NCBI RefSeq assembly: GCF_001194135.2
Contig: NC_069000.1
Coordinates: forward strand, 18,309,466 to 18,357,432
Reading direction: 5' to 3'
DNA from: Octopus bimaculoides
Taxonomy: Eukaryota
Length of the DNA: 47,967 bases
This document shows positions 21,743-34,830 of the stretch, piece after piece (the stretch's first letter is position 1; each line of letters opens with the position of its first letter). A model generated the notes under the pieces. It had not been told where the DNA came from. It worked only from the letters and a program-made list of their open reading frames with translations, and did no database searches. A program made the translations under genes and the position numbers.

Positions 21743-21778
21743 TTTTACGTTTCAAGCCTACGCTCTTCAACAGAAAGG
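21743..21778 (-). ncRNA. Ultra-minimal hammerhead-like motif (A6U variant) in a third repeat family
   Basis: CCUUU CUGUUGA A GAGC GUAG GCUU GAAAC GUA AAA. Confidence 0.4.
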
Positions 21779-22639
21779 AACACAGATATATATATATAGA
21801 TATATATAGATAGATAGATAGAAAGACAGACAAACAGATAGATGGATGGACATAGAAAGGTAGTGGAATGGAACAGTAAACGATATATAGATTGATAGAA
21901 AGAGAAACACATCTACCAATCAATCTATCTCTCTATATATCTATCTAAATGTCTAACTATTTACTTTTCTATTTAATCTATCTGTTGATTTATTCATATT
22001 ACTATCTATCAGTCTATCTATCTATATATCTTTCTGTGTATTTTTCTATCTATGTGTCCAAATGTCTATAAACAGATAATCTTACGTAAATCACAAATCA
22101 CAGTGTTTATCTGAAATAATAACTGGGGAAATTACGCAGGGTGGTTTTCTGTACAGAAAACACAGATATGTATCTAGGTGTGTGTGTGTGTATGTATGCA
22201 TGTCATTATTTAGTTTTATTTCAAAATTTCATGCCAATAGAGAAAGGGCCAGTTTCTAACCTAGATCCTAAACCCCTTCATTGAAATTTCAACGACATAA
22301 ACAAGATATGTATGCATGTATGTATGTATGCATGCATGCATATGCATAGATTTGTATGTTTTGTTTTATGTATGTATTCTCATGCATATAGCAGCATGTC
22401 TAGTCATGCTCATATTCTTAAATAATGGATACATGCCTGCATGTATGTATATGTGTATATGATTATGTTTGTGTTTGGGAATGCTGTAAACTAATTGCAG
22501 AAGGGAAACTAAAATGAAAATTGAACTGGCTTGTGGCTATCCTTTATTGGAAAAGTCAAGTCCTTTAGTATACAATCTGCAGTTGAAATAGTTTACGGTG
22601 ATTTTGTTCTTGCTTTCTATAGGATATTTAATTATAGTT

Positions 22640-23700
22640 ACATGCAGTTATGATTTATGCCAGGCAGGAGCACAACTGATGCTATATTCCAAGTTAGGCA
22701 ACTGCAGGAGAAATATCTAGGCAAAATTAAACCCCTATACCTGACTTTTGTTGACATGGAGAAAGCCTTTGACAGATTCCCCATTCCCTTATCTGGTGGT
22801 CAATGCAGAAACAAGAGATAGATGAGTGGTTGGTGAGAGCTGTACAAGCCATGTTGAGGGATGCTGTCAATAAGGTGAAGGCTGGAAATGAGTATAGTGA
22901 GAAATTCAGGGTACATGTAGGGGTTCAGCAAGGATCAGTCCTCAGCCCACTTCTTGCTCATCATAGTCCTCCAGGCAATAACAGAGGGAGTTCCTCTATG
23001 CTGTTGACTTTGTTCTTCTAGCCAAATCACTACCAAATCACAAATCCCTTTAGGCAGATGGCCCTGCTCAATCTGTAGGAAAGGCATTGGTAGAAACTCC
23101 ATAAGATGTACCTGGTTCAAGCTATGGACATGTGAGAGGTGCAGCAATATCAGAGGAAGGTTAACAGGGAAAATAGTTTTTGTGCGTGGAAGGTGCACAG
23201 GTACAATAAACACCGAAAAAGTACAGAAAATAGACTTCATCAACTGACATTGGGGTAAGCTAGAGGTAGTAGATAGCTTCCTTATCTAGGTGACCATGTT
23301 AGTAATAGAGGTGAATGCTCTGAGAGCGTACTGCACTAGTATTATCATGTAATGCATATGGACGAGGACAGCTGTGTAAAGAAGTGCTGATCTCTAACTG
23401 TAGAGGGTACTTGTAGTAAAGGTAGATCCAAGAAGACATGAGATGAGGTGGTGAAGCATGGGCTTCGAATGTTGGGCCTCACAGAGGCAATGACTAGTGA
23501 CTGAGACCTTTGGCGATATGCTGTGCTTGAGAAAACACCATCAAGCCAAGTGAAGTCATAGTCATTTCCAATGCTGGTGTTGTATAACTGGCATCCATGC
23601 CATCAGCACAATAAAAGCATCTTTCACACATTGGGCCTCATAGAGACAATGTGGCCGATGCTGGTGGCATGTAAAAGAACCCTTTGTGTGACTTGCACGA
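22640..23700 (+). mobile_element. RTE LINE, RT domain to 3'UTR, decayed
   Basis: FMPGRSTTDAIFQVRQLQEKYL...FVDMEKAFD...WLVRAVQAM...VGVQQGSVLSPLL; 3' end homologous to 12880-13010 (inverted). Confidence 0.9.
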
Positions 23701-23916
23701 TTTGTTTCAGCTCTCTACACTCTGAGTTCAAATCCCACAGAAATCAACTTTACTTTTTGTCCCTTCGGGGGTCTATAAGTAAAGTATCAGTATAGAACAG
23801 TGGATTGCTGAAAGCGTTACAAGATCAGATAAACTGCCTTGCAGTATGTATGTATGTATGCTTGTATGTATGGGTGTATATATATATATGTGTATGTAGG
23901 TGTGTTTGGCTGCTTG

Positions 23917-23960
<44 letters not shown>

Positions 23961-23969
23961 TGTGTGTGG

Positions 23970-24200
23970 TGGCGCATAGCTTAGTGGTTAGAGTGTTGCA
24001 CTCATGATCATAAGATCGTGGTTTCAATTCCTGGACTGGGCGATGCATTGTGTTCTTGGGTAAAACACTTCATTTCATGTTGCTCAAACCCACTCAGCTG
24101 GTAAAAATGAGTAATCCTGAGACAGACGAAGGTCCCATCCAAGGGAAGAATATTTGCACCACAAAATCTGGGAAACCAGCCAATGACTTGGAAAGGACCT
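23970..24200 (+). mobile_element. tRNA/CORE-like SINE
   Basis: TAGCTTAGTGG A box, GTTTCAATTCC B box, TTGTGTTCTTGGGTAAAACACTT...CCACTCAGCTGGTAAAAATGAGTA. Confidence 0.75.
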
Positions 24201-24328
24201 TTGATCCTTTTTTACTGTATGGGTGTATGTGTGTATGTATATATATGTATCTGTATATATATATATATTTGAATTTGAAGTCTCTGTCTATTTTGAATAT
24301 GAAAATTTAAAAACCTTATAATATATAT

Positions 24329-24419
24329 NNNNNNNNNNNNNNNNNNNNNNNNNNNNNNNNNNNNNNNNNNNNNNNNNNNNNNNNNNNNNNNNNNNNNNNN
24401 NNNNNNNNNNNNNNNNNNN
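24329..24419. other. Assembly gap (91 N)
   Basis: N run. Confidence 1.
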
Positions 24420-24659
24420 ACAGGTAAGGGTGTATATATGTGGGGAATTGACAGATTTAATCCATCCTCCTCTATAATACAAAACCACCCAGTCCTTGGC
24501 CTAGATCTCTAGTTAGTAGATAACTTTTTCATTTCACACAACCAATCTTACAAGCCCTTCAGATGATCATCATGGCCAGTAGCATAGCTGGTTTGGAGGG
24601 AGCAGTAAGAAAATAAATAAGTAAATAAATAAATAAAATAATAATAATAATAATAATAA

Positions 24660-26065
24660 GTGGTGAAATGATGAAGGCAATTCAACCTCAATCCTGCTAT
24701 AAATACCTGAGAATACTTGGGGCAGATGGAATCAAACACCACAACATGAAGGAAAAGACAAAAAGAGAGTACCTGCAGTGAGAAAAATATTGGCTTCAAA
24801 GCTGAATGCCAAAAACATAATTTCGGCAATAAACTCGTGTGCAGTCACAGTAGTTTGGTATGGCACTGGAATCCTTAAGTGGACAGAAGAGGAGCTAAAG
24901 GAGATGGACAGGAAGTCAAGAAAGCTCCTAATGATGCATGGATCCCATCGTCCATGTGCAGACACTGATTGCCTATACACGAAGGGAGCAAATGCAGGAG
25001 GAGGACTGATAAGTGCGGAAGGCTATATACATATCAAACTTGAGAGCTTAATGAGATACCGAGCCCAAAGTAAGGAAACCTTGCTAGTGACAGTTAGGAA
25101 TGAGGGAGTATTGAAAGCAGGGAAAAAAAGAAAAGCAAAGAAAGAAGTACAAAAAGGACATGAAGAAGAATTATGCAAGAAAGGACTACATAATCAATCC
25201 CATGTAGCCACAGCAGAGGTTGCTGGAAATAAGAGGTGGGATTGGCTGATGAAAGGAACCTTAGAAAAAAGTGACTGAGAACACAATAGTGACAGTGCAG
25301 GACCAAGTTCAGGCCATGAACTGGAGGGTTAGCCTGAGGAATGAGCAAATGTCTCTGCTGTGCTGCATCTGCAACAGAGTGGATAAAACCATTGCCAATA
25401 TCACGAACAAATGCCCTAGACTTGCCCAAAACCACTACAAGTTGTGGCGACACGACCAGGTAGTGAAAGTGCTACATTGGAAACTGTGCGAATAGTGGGT
25501 GCTAGAGAGAGGCAAGACGTGGTATGAGCACAAGCCGCAGAGAGTGACAGAGCTGGAGACTAGCAAAATCCTCTGGGATTTCCCAATCCAAACAGATCAG
25601 GTGCTAGAGCATAACAGATTGGATCTTGTGGTGGTGGACAAGGTGCACCACATATGCTATATAGTTAATGTTGCGTGCTCCTTTGACCCACAAATAGTCA
25701 AGAAGGAAGGCAAAAAGATAGATAAATGCAACCCTCTTAAGTATGAAATCGGCCGGCTATTGGAAATGAAGAAGGTGAAGATAATGCTTATCATTGTTGG
25801 GTCCTTGGGAACAGTATCAGAAGGCATCAAGGGGAATATAAGGGCAATTGGAATAGAGTGCCCTGTAGAACTATTACAAAAGGTTTGCCTTCTTGGCACA
25901 GTCAGAATAATCAGGAAAGTATTAGATAGCTGAAAAGAACAAATAGCATGGTACCGTGGGCTGCAGGTAGTAAGCCCGCTACGCATGCAAGACTCCAGGA
26001 GCTCCAACAAAACCTGTGATAAAAAGAAAATAATAATAATAGTAATAATAATAATAATTAATAAT
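24660..26065 (+). mobile_element. 5'-truncated R4/Dong-type LINE (RT thumb, CCHC, RLE, (TAA)n tail)
   Basis: ORFs 24778, 25271 and 25499: RKILASKLNAKNIISAINS..., CCICNRVDKTIANITNKCPRLAQNHYKLWRHDQV, ILWDFPIQTDQVLEHNRLDLVVVDK...IIVGSLG...LQKVCLLGTVRIIRKVL*; (AAT)n at 26028-26065. Confidence 0.92.
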
Positions 26066-26109
26066 AGTACATCTCCAGCATTAGAAACTGTGCAAAGACA
26101 ATAAAATAA

Positions 26110-26590
26110 TAATAATAATAATAATTCTTTCTACTCTAGGTACAAGGCCTGAAATTTAGGGGAGGGAGTAAACCGATTACATTGACCTCAGGACTAAGCA
26201 GGTACTTATTTTATCGATTTCAAAAGGATGAAAGGCAAAGTCAAGCTTGGTGGAATTTTAAGACATTCGAAATATCACCAAGCATTTAGCCAGGCATGCT
26301 AACCATTCTACCAGATCACCACCTTAAATTATCTGGCACTCTGGTTCCTGTTGATCTGATCAATGGCACAGCCTGCTCATGAAATTAATGTACAAGTCCA
26401 TAGACATGCGTACCCTTAATGTAGTTCTGGGAGAGATTCAGTGTGACTCAGAATGTGACATGGCCCTTTGAAATACAGGTACAACTTATTTTTTCCAGCT
26501 GAGTCAACGGGAGGAACATGAAATTTAGTGGGTTACTCGAGAACACAATGCGCCACTAGGAATCAACCTTGCGACCTTACAATCCACAAG
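26110..26590 (-). mobile_element. Main-family SINE plus second-family SINE, both minus
   Basis: Reverse complement AAGGTGGTGATCTGGTAGAATGGTTAGCATG; GAAATTAATGTACAAG...CAGCTGAGT...GGAATCAACC (reverse B box). Confidence 0.75.
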
Positions 26591-27085
26591 TAGGTTCTAG
26601 TGATGGATTAGAATCTATAGTCTTCGTATTTAGCTTTCTCCTTTCTGGTTTTGAAAAGCCTAATTTCTCAAGATTGGTATTTAGGCAGTGTATTACATTT
26701 CCCACAGCCCCAATAATTACAGGTATAAATCTGAACTTGTAGTCTAACTGCAGATTTCTCAATAGTTCGACGTAGGTATTCTCTTTTTCACTGACCTTCA
26801 GCTCTATGTTAACATCTGCTGGGCAGCTAATTTCCACAACTGTACACAATTTCTATTTTCTATCCCAAATCATTATATCAAGTCTCTTGTGCTTACATTT
26901 TATTGAAGTCTTCACTGGGACATTCCACCAGTACTTCTTTTTGTCGTGAGTGGCTATGGCTTCTACCATACTATGGGTTCTTATTTCTTTGTCCTCGGAG
27001 CTAGCCTTCAGATGGATTTTATTATAGAGTTTCCTAGCTACATCATGCCTAATCGGTAGATAATACTGTGATGACATTTTCAGGC
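26590..27085 (-). mobile_element. RLE-type non-LTR retrotransposon 3' fragment (distinct family)
   Basis: YYLPIRHDVARKLYN...YWWNVPVKTSIKCKHKRLDIMIWDR; CTVVEISCPADVNIELKVSEKENTY...FIPVIIGAVG. Confidence 0.85.
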
Positions 27086-27599
27086 AACTGCTTGTATGTA
27101 TGTGTGTGTGTGTGTGTGTATGTGTGTGTATATGTATGTATGCACGCATGGTTGCAATGTATGTATGTATGTATATTTGCATGCATGTATGTATTGTATA
27201 TATGTAAGGCAAACTGACAGTCGCTAGATCAACAGATACAATTGACTTGTGCTATTCGTTTGGGCTCGCTACGTTCTAAGTTCAAATCCTACGGAAATCA
27301 ATTTTGCTTTTCATTCTTTCGGGGTCTATAAATACCGTATCACTATAGGACAGTAGATTGCCAGAATTGTTACAAGATCGGACAAAATGTATTGCGATAT
27401 GTATGCATGTAGCTATGGGTGTATAAATGTATATAGGTATGTTTACCCACTTGTGTGTATATGTGTGTGTATGTACACACACATACACACACGCACGCAC
27501 AGACTCACATGTATGTATGTATGTATGTCAGTTCGCTTGTGAGTGCTACTGATGACATGTAAAGCGATACAATCTGCTGCATGGTCGAGTCGTCAGCAA

Positions 27600-28626
27600 C
27601 TAAGCTGACAACGCCCACTAAGATTGCTCAGTGAAGTGAGTGAATGGATATCACTGGATGAAAAACGAAACCTGTCAAAGGGTGGATGAACTCATTAAAA
27701 TCAACGGCCATCCAATACTGTTTACATAAACTTAGTCCTGCTATTTCTCGTGGACAGCAGTAGTTCCTGCAGCAATCATCGACAAACAGGTGACTTTGGT
27801 GCAGAAAACAGTGGCTACTCAGAGGATTGACACATTTTCGGCAATGGGCAGGCACGGCCTTTTCAGTCAGCAGAAAACCACGGGAATGGGAATGTAGGTA
27901 TGGTGTACCACATTACTGGGGATGAGTTGCCCTTAAACCTTGTGGGACCATCACTCTATGAGAAGGAAAACTCTGATGTAAAACTTGCGGCGAACCAATG
28001 ATGTTGACTAATTCTTCTTTTTGGAGTATTTGTCATCGTTGCTCAGGGAGTAGAATTGGTATTGTGCAAGGCTTCTCACTTTAAAAAGCATTATGCACGG
28101 GTATTGCTTAACGCACCGGCATCACTCTCGTTCGATTCGTCTTTTTTTTTTTTTTTTGAAATGCTAGTCATCGCCTAAAAGGGCAAACCACATTCATTGG
28201 AGGCGATGCAGACAATTGCAATAAGGGCTCTGGAACGAACTGTAAAGGGTCTAGGTCCACCAGGTGTCCTGTGTCATCGCAGTCTATTTTCTAGGCCCGG
28301 TGGTCCTCTTGTGACTGCGATAAAATATAAGCCTTTGAATATTGGCTGCTGAAATATCCAAACTTTCCTACGTAATGAATCAACAGCACGTCCTGAAAGA
28401 AGATCTATTCTTGTAGCAGAGAAGCTACAGTCCTACAACATTGGACATTACAGCATTCACAGAAACAAGGCTTGCGAATGAAGGGCGTTTGCATTATTAT
28501 GTAGCTATACTTTTTACTAGAGTGGTAAAGGCGAGGAGTATAAGAAGGTATCTGGTGTAGCCTTTGTGGTAAAAATATCTGGTCTGGAAAAATTCCCATG
28601 TAGAGTTAGTGACAGATTTATATACA
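27600..28626 (+). mobile_element. RTE LINE 5'UTR and start of APE endonuclease
   Basis: LNIGC*NIQT...RPERRSILVAEKLQSYNI.ITAFTETRLANEG...SGVAFVVK...VSDRFI; the 5'UTR boundary is uncertain. Confidence 0.75.
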
Positions 28627-30119
28627 CAGTGGTGTACCAAGTGGGGGAGGGGCGGTCCGCCCTGGGCGGCACAATTTATTTGTATTAATATATCATTAGT
28701 AAAAATGCAGTATGAATATTAGACTTTAATAATGTATAGTAGCCATTAGAATTTCCTTAAAATTTTAATTTATCATCAGTAAACTTGTATTGTGTGCTAA
28801 TATTGTGTAACATACAGTATAATATTGTTAATAGAGTAATATTGTGTGTTTCTGGATAAGACAGTGTGTCGATGATATTCGGAAAGTTGATTATTATTTT
28901 GGTTGGTCTATACTCTATTTGGTTTTATTCATATAAATTCACGATATCACTGATATAATTTGAGATGAAGTGAATTAAGGACAGCAGTGCAGCATTCCGA
29001 AAAAAAAAATACGAGAGAAGAAAAGCCAAATGAAGGTGCCATAATTAAATTTCTCATCAGACCCGACCGCCCAGACGAAACTGGTATTACTGTAGGTCAT
29101 GAAGATGATGTTAATGAAATGCAACTTGAAAAGAAAGATCGAAGATGAAGTTGATGATGCTGATCCACCACAAATTACTGAAGAACAAAACTCTTATATT
29201 AATTTGAAAGATATTGGGATGTGGCCTGCTAAGTTTAATCACGGTGACGGTATTCGGGAAATTCTTGTACAAGGATCGAAGGCTGTGCAAAATATTGTCC
29301 AGAAAGGGGAGATTAGAAGACTGTCAAGAAACTGGTTTTTTCGAACTTTACAAAATGGGAACTTGGATGATAATACTCTCCATCGAAAGAAGCCGTGTTT
29401 TGTTTATGTTGTAAGCTATTTTCAAGTGAAAATTCAAAGTTTTGTTCAGTTGATGGTTTCAAATCTTGGTAGAAGTTGAATCTTAAGATACAAGAACATG
29501 AATCTAGCCCTGCGCATGAGAATGCGTTCACTCAGTAGAAAGAGCTAGAAATTCGCCTTTCCAAAGGCAAGATAATAGACAAAGAGTAACAAACTCTTGT
29601 TGAAAATGAAACAAGGAAATGGAAGCAAATCCTGACTAGATTCTTGGACATAATTATGTTTCTTGCTAAGCAAAATCTAGCCATAGAGAAGACATTCGAG
29701 TTGAGAAGGCAAAAAAAATAAAGGAAATTTTCTGGAGCTTGCTCAACTGATTGGAAAACTCGACCCAGTGCTACTTGACGAAAGTAAAAATTTATAAGTT
29801 TACAACTTCCTATCTCTCACCAAAAATTCCTGGGAGATCAAGTGTGAAACAGAGTAAATACTATTGCATTATTTCTTATAGTACCCCAGATAGATATTTC
29901 TCATATTGACCAAATTCTTCATGTGCTACGTTACGTTAAAATAGGTGATCAGGAAGTAAAAGTTGAAGGATCCTTTCTTCGTTTTATTGAGATGAAAGGC
30001 AAAAATTCAGAAAAGAATGCAATTTCAGGAGAAAAGGGCGTAATAGAATTATTTAGAAGGACGCACTTCTTTTCTTGAGTGAGGCACGTGCTCCTTAGCC
30101 CTCCCACGGTCCGCCACTG
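28627..30119 (+). mobile_element. Internally deleted hAT DNA transposon (ZMYM1/DUF4371-like transposase remnant)
   Basis: Termini CAGTGGTGTACC and reverse-complement CAGTGGCGGACC (10/12 match); RRLSRNWF, EHESSPAHENAF, WKQILTRFLDIIMFLAKQNLA, GNFLELAQLIGKLDPVL. Confidence 0.8.
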
Positions 30120-30126
30120 CTAAGGC

Positions 30127-31200
30127 TAATGACATTCAGTCTGCCTCCATTTCCAGAAACTCCAAATTGTTGTATAGTCACCTTCAAGAAGAATAATGGA
30201 TCTATTTGATACCGTAAACAGAGAAGCTCTTTGAAAGATGCTGAGGAAACTCGGGTGTCCAAAGAAGCTTGTGACAATTCTTTGTCAATTCCATAGCAAC
30301 AGGAAGCTCTGACTGAATGCTCGTCGGAATGTATCTGATCCTCTTGCTATGAATAATGGTGTCAAACAGGGCAATATTCTAGCACCAACACTGTTTCTAC
30401 TGTATTTTACAATGGTGTTTATAATTACTTTTAGTGAGTGTCCAATCTGGAATATATGTCAGGTTTCGTACGTTTGTGAAACATTTCAACATAAGATGCC
30501 TCAACGCAGATTCAAAAGTCATGTCCTCATTCTTGAAAGAATTTCTCTATGCAGACGACAGTGATCTCTTTGCTCACACCCAAGAAGGCATGCGACATAT
30601 AAACCCCTTCTCCAATGCTTGTTCTTCGCTAGGCCTGACGAAAGTGTTGTCTTATATCAGCCTGAGTGCAATACGTGGAGCCAGATGTCCTTTTGTATAG
30701 TAAGAAGTTTCAAGTTGTGGACAGATTTGTGAATCTTGGCAGCACCCTTGACAATGAAATCACGCTTAGAATCAGCAAAGCCAGTGATGCTTTCAAAAAG
30801 TTGGGATAACGTCTGTGGTCTCAACATGGTAGCTCTATTGAAACTAAAATGAAAATTTATACGACTTGTGTTACCTCCCTGTTGTACGCTTGTGAAGCAT
30901 CGGTAACTTACTGAAAACATCTGTTATAGCTAGAGCGCTCCAACCAGCAATGTCTACATCGTATCTTAGGTCTGCGTTGGAAAATATACGTGTTGAAGTA
31001 TTTGAAAGAGTTAATAATTTTGCGAAGAATGTGAGAGAGTTTGCTTCAGATGTCAAGAGAGTTGACTTGGATTACTCCATACACAGCATAACAATATATG
31101 TCATGAATGCTACAAAGCACGAAGCGGCAAACTCAAGGGCATTCCGGAGTGGTACACACTCTTGGTGCACCACTTATTTGCCCACAGCCTCTACCTCTAC
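30127..31200 (+). mobile_element. RTE (BovB-like) LINE RT domain, decayed
   Basis: FDTVNREAL, NNGVKQGNILAPTLF, FLYADDSDL, ITLRISKASDAF. Confidence 0.9.
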
Positions 31201-31314
31201 TGACTCAGCAGGAGAAAATGTGAATGTATGTATGTGCATACGTATAAATGTATGCATATTTTTTGGTATTAATTAATATGTATATATGTGCGTTTATGTG
31301 CGTGCAAATATGTA

Positions 31315-31920
31315 AGTGCAAAAATCTCTACTTATCGAGAGGTTTGTGTATCCACCCTCCTGTACGGATCTGAGTGTTGGACCCTTTATCGGCGCCAAAT
31401 CAGACAACTGGAAATGCTCCATCTCAGATCGCTCCAAAGTATCCTCGGTCTCACGTGGAAAGACAAGGTACTTCATACCTAAATCCTTTCGAGGGCTGGG
31501 ATCAACAGTGTTGAAGCCAGCATCTTTCGTCGTCTTCTCTGCTGGATAAGCCATGTGATTCGGATGCCAGGTAATCGGCTCTTTAAGATGATTCTCCTCA
31601 ACGAGATCGAGACTGCAAGTAGGCTTCATGGAAGTCCAAAACTTCGTTTTCATGATGATCATCTCAAGTGGTCTCCCATTTTATGAAATGCGTCCCCCAC
31701 TCAATCGCTGGAGACCCTGCATGAAGAGAGGAAGGAGAAGTCGTCATCAGCTCCCCGAAACTGTTGTTCGGGGTCATTTTCAGTGACCCCAGGGCCTCAA
31801 TATCTACCTATCTCGCATCGGTCTTGTCAGCCACGTCCGCTCCCGTGAGAAACAATGTGCTAGAGGAGGAGGATGAATATCTTGGATCGACGCTATCATC
31901 ACCTTTGATGGGCTGTCATA
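31315..31920 (+). mobile_element. Second RTE LINE 3' end
   Basis: STLLYGSECWTLYRRQIRQLEMLHLRSLQSILGLTWKDKV; terminal LSRIGLVSHVR motif. Confidence 0.88.
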
Positions 31921-32104
31921 GGCAAAGTAAAATATAAATATGTCTATTTGCATGTGTGTTTGTGTGGGTGCGTGCGCATGTGTATGCGAGTATGAATTAT
32001 GTATGATTAGATACATGCATGTATATATGTAAGTATATAGTGTTGCTTTGTATGTCTATGTGTATGAGTGTACGCGCGCGCGAGTCTGAAGACCTGAGAA
32101 CAGC

Positions 32105-33260
32105 TGTTTGAGTGGGCTGGTCGATTACATCGATCCCGTTGCTCGGTGGAATTTGCACTCAGGACGAAAAGACGGGCGAAATGCCGCTAAGCACTTTGTC
32201 TGGCGTGCTAACGATTCTGCCGGCTTTGTCGCTGTGAGAATGATGATCATTCATGTAAATAATTTTTTTTCTACGCAACTTGATTTTGTAAATGAACCAT
32301 CTGGTGTGTTTATTTTAATAGCATATCAAGGTATACAATGAGTTTCTTTGTCGTAGATGTTGTTAAGACACTCGGCAAGAAGAAAAATCTAATAATAAAC
32401 AATACGGTTTCCTAGCAAGATTCTCATACTCTGTTCACAGTGTCATAAGTGAGAACCCATTAGTACATCATCTTTAGATCACATAACCCATCCTATTCAT
32501 TAGCTAAACTATGTTCCCTAATAACGCATGTGGCAATACCCGTGGCATTTATTTGTAGTTAAGTGGGTTGAGTAATGAACCATCAGGTCTTAAGTCAACA
32601 GTTGTTACTCTGCTAACCCGCTTAACTCATCACAATTCCGCGCAATAATAACAATAATTTCTATAATAGCATAGGCCAGAAATTTTACAGACAAGGAACA
32701 GTCGATGATATCGACCCCAATACTTTAGTGAAGCTTTATATTAACAGCCCCGGAAGGATGAAAATCAAAATCGACCACAGCAGCATTTGAACTCAGAACT
32801 TAACTTGCCAGTCTACCTTTCTTTCATAATGTTAACAATTTTTAACATAGGCACAAACCAGAATTTTGTAGGGAGATGTAAAAAAAAAAAAAAAAGAAAT
32901 GACTATATTGATTCCAGTACTTGACTGGTACTTTATTTTATCGACCCCGGAAGGGAGGCAGTCGAAATCAACATCAGCAGGATTTGAACTCAGAATGTAA
33001 AGAGCTGGAAAATACCGCAAGCTATTTTGTCCGACGCTCTATCGTTTCTGCTGGTACGTTGTCTTTATAGTAATAAATTCTAACATTGGCATAAAGTTAA
33101 AAATTTTAGGGGAGGGAACAGCTGATTATGACAACACAAATCTGGTACTTTATTTTGTCGACTCCAGAAGGATGAAAGACGAAGTCGACTTTAGTAGGAT
33201 TGGAACTCAGAACATAAAAATATGTAACCAAATACAGCAAGACATTCTATCTGTAGATCA
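32105..33260 (-). mobile_element. Cluster of about four diverged main-family SINEs, CpG retained
   Basis: Repeated GATTACATCGA, GGATGAAA..CAAAGTCGAC, GGATTTGAACTCAGAA on +. Confidence 0.75.
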
Positions 33261-34759
33261 ACTGATAATTTTTTTTATGACATAATGACGAAAGGTTAAG
33301 TTCGAACTAAATACAGCGAGCCGTTTAATCCGTCACTTGACCGCGTCTACCACCAATCAGCCTCTTAATAATGATAATAATAATGATAATAATAAAAATC
33401 TTACTGGTATACATTTTTCCCAAGAGTTTCCAGTTTCCTTGGCACCAATAATACTCTTACGTAAGAAATAAGATGATTTTGAAGGATAAACTTTGGTCGG
33501 GTAAAATTTTTCCCTCATTTTGACTTCCCCCCGTTAAATGGATCCTCGTTCACAAATCACCACCAAACATAGACAGCGTTACCGTTCAAATATTCGTTAT
33601 ATGGAATGAAATAAACGCTGGGAACGTCCAACAGCAAGAGAGAGATGATACTCGGGCCTTCACATCTGTTCTCTACTAACTGTCGATTTGTATTAGAAGA
33701 ATTTTGAATATTCTTCAGTATATTTCGGTTCGATAAAGCGATAAGAGGATCAATATTGAAAGAAAAAATATATTAATATTGAAAGAAAAAATATATATTG
33801 GTATTTCATTACATTTAAACGTTTTCTGGTTGACTACACATTTTATCCTTTGCGGGATAGATGAAATAAAGTACCAGTTTAATACTTGGATCTATATTAT
33901 CGTCTACATCCCTTTCCTATACGTTTTGATCCCGTGCCTATATTACAAACTTCTTTTTGGAAGATTGAAACGTTCTTTAACGAGGTTGAATCACTTTCTC
34001 TACCGTTCCGCCAAAATATTTCTAGAAGACAAAGTGAAAAGGAAGCCAATTGTGATAGCCAACTTCACAGTTGATATTTTGCAACGAAATTGATTGAAGC
34101 CTGTAATTCTCTTGTTAGAAACCTAGTTCAACTTTTCCTGTTTTTTAGTTCTGAAAGAAGTGCCTGAGAACTCTACCTCAACGATCCTCCTAGAAATAGT
34201 GGGCGAACAGGAGACAGATAAAAATAAGATCCAGACTCCGAGAAATTAAACATTATTATTATAAATTATTGTTGCTATAATTCTATTATTGGTGGGATGA
34301 TAGTACTGTTAAAGCAACGGATTAACTGTCTCGCAGCAGTTAGTTGCGACTTCATCTTCTGACTTCAAATCTTGTCAAACCAAACTTTGCCTATAAAATA
34401 AAGTATTATTCAATGGAGTCGATATAATATTCTTATAAAACATCGTAAATGTGAATGAAATTATAATAGACCAATACTCTACCGTTCATACCAGCAAAGT
34501 GATCAGTCAGACGCTCAAATAATTCCACATATCCACCACCCTTAACTGATGTTTTACTCTTTATTTATCGATCTCAAAAGGATAAACTGCATTATTAACT
34601 TTGGCAGGATTTGAACAAAGAGCACAGAGAGCTGGCAAAAATACTACAAGACATTTTATCCAATGCTCTAACGGCTTTAACCATATTCGCCGCCTCGACA
34701 TTAGGATCTCCACCGATCGAGGTTGGCCACAAATCTGCACGTGTGTACACAGTCCTGGG

Positions 34760-34830
34760 CACTAGCGTAGCTAGGTGGAGGTGATGGGGACGATCCGCCC
34801 CAGGTGGCACACACTCTAGCTACGCTAGTG
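34760..34830. mobile_element. 71-bp hAT MITE
   Basis: Perfect 15-bp TIR CACTAGCGTAGCTAG; 8-bp TSD GTCCTGGG at 34752-34759 and 34831-34838. Confidence 0.92.

Noticed and set aside
33779-34249. ORF 33779..34093 and a possible terminal exon 34149-34249 (xLKEVPENSTSTILLEIVGEQ...*)
   Set aside because: The ORF starts in SINE-derived sequence; no partner exons or recognisable motif
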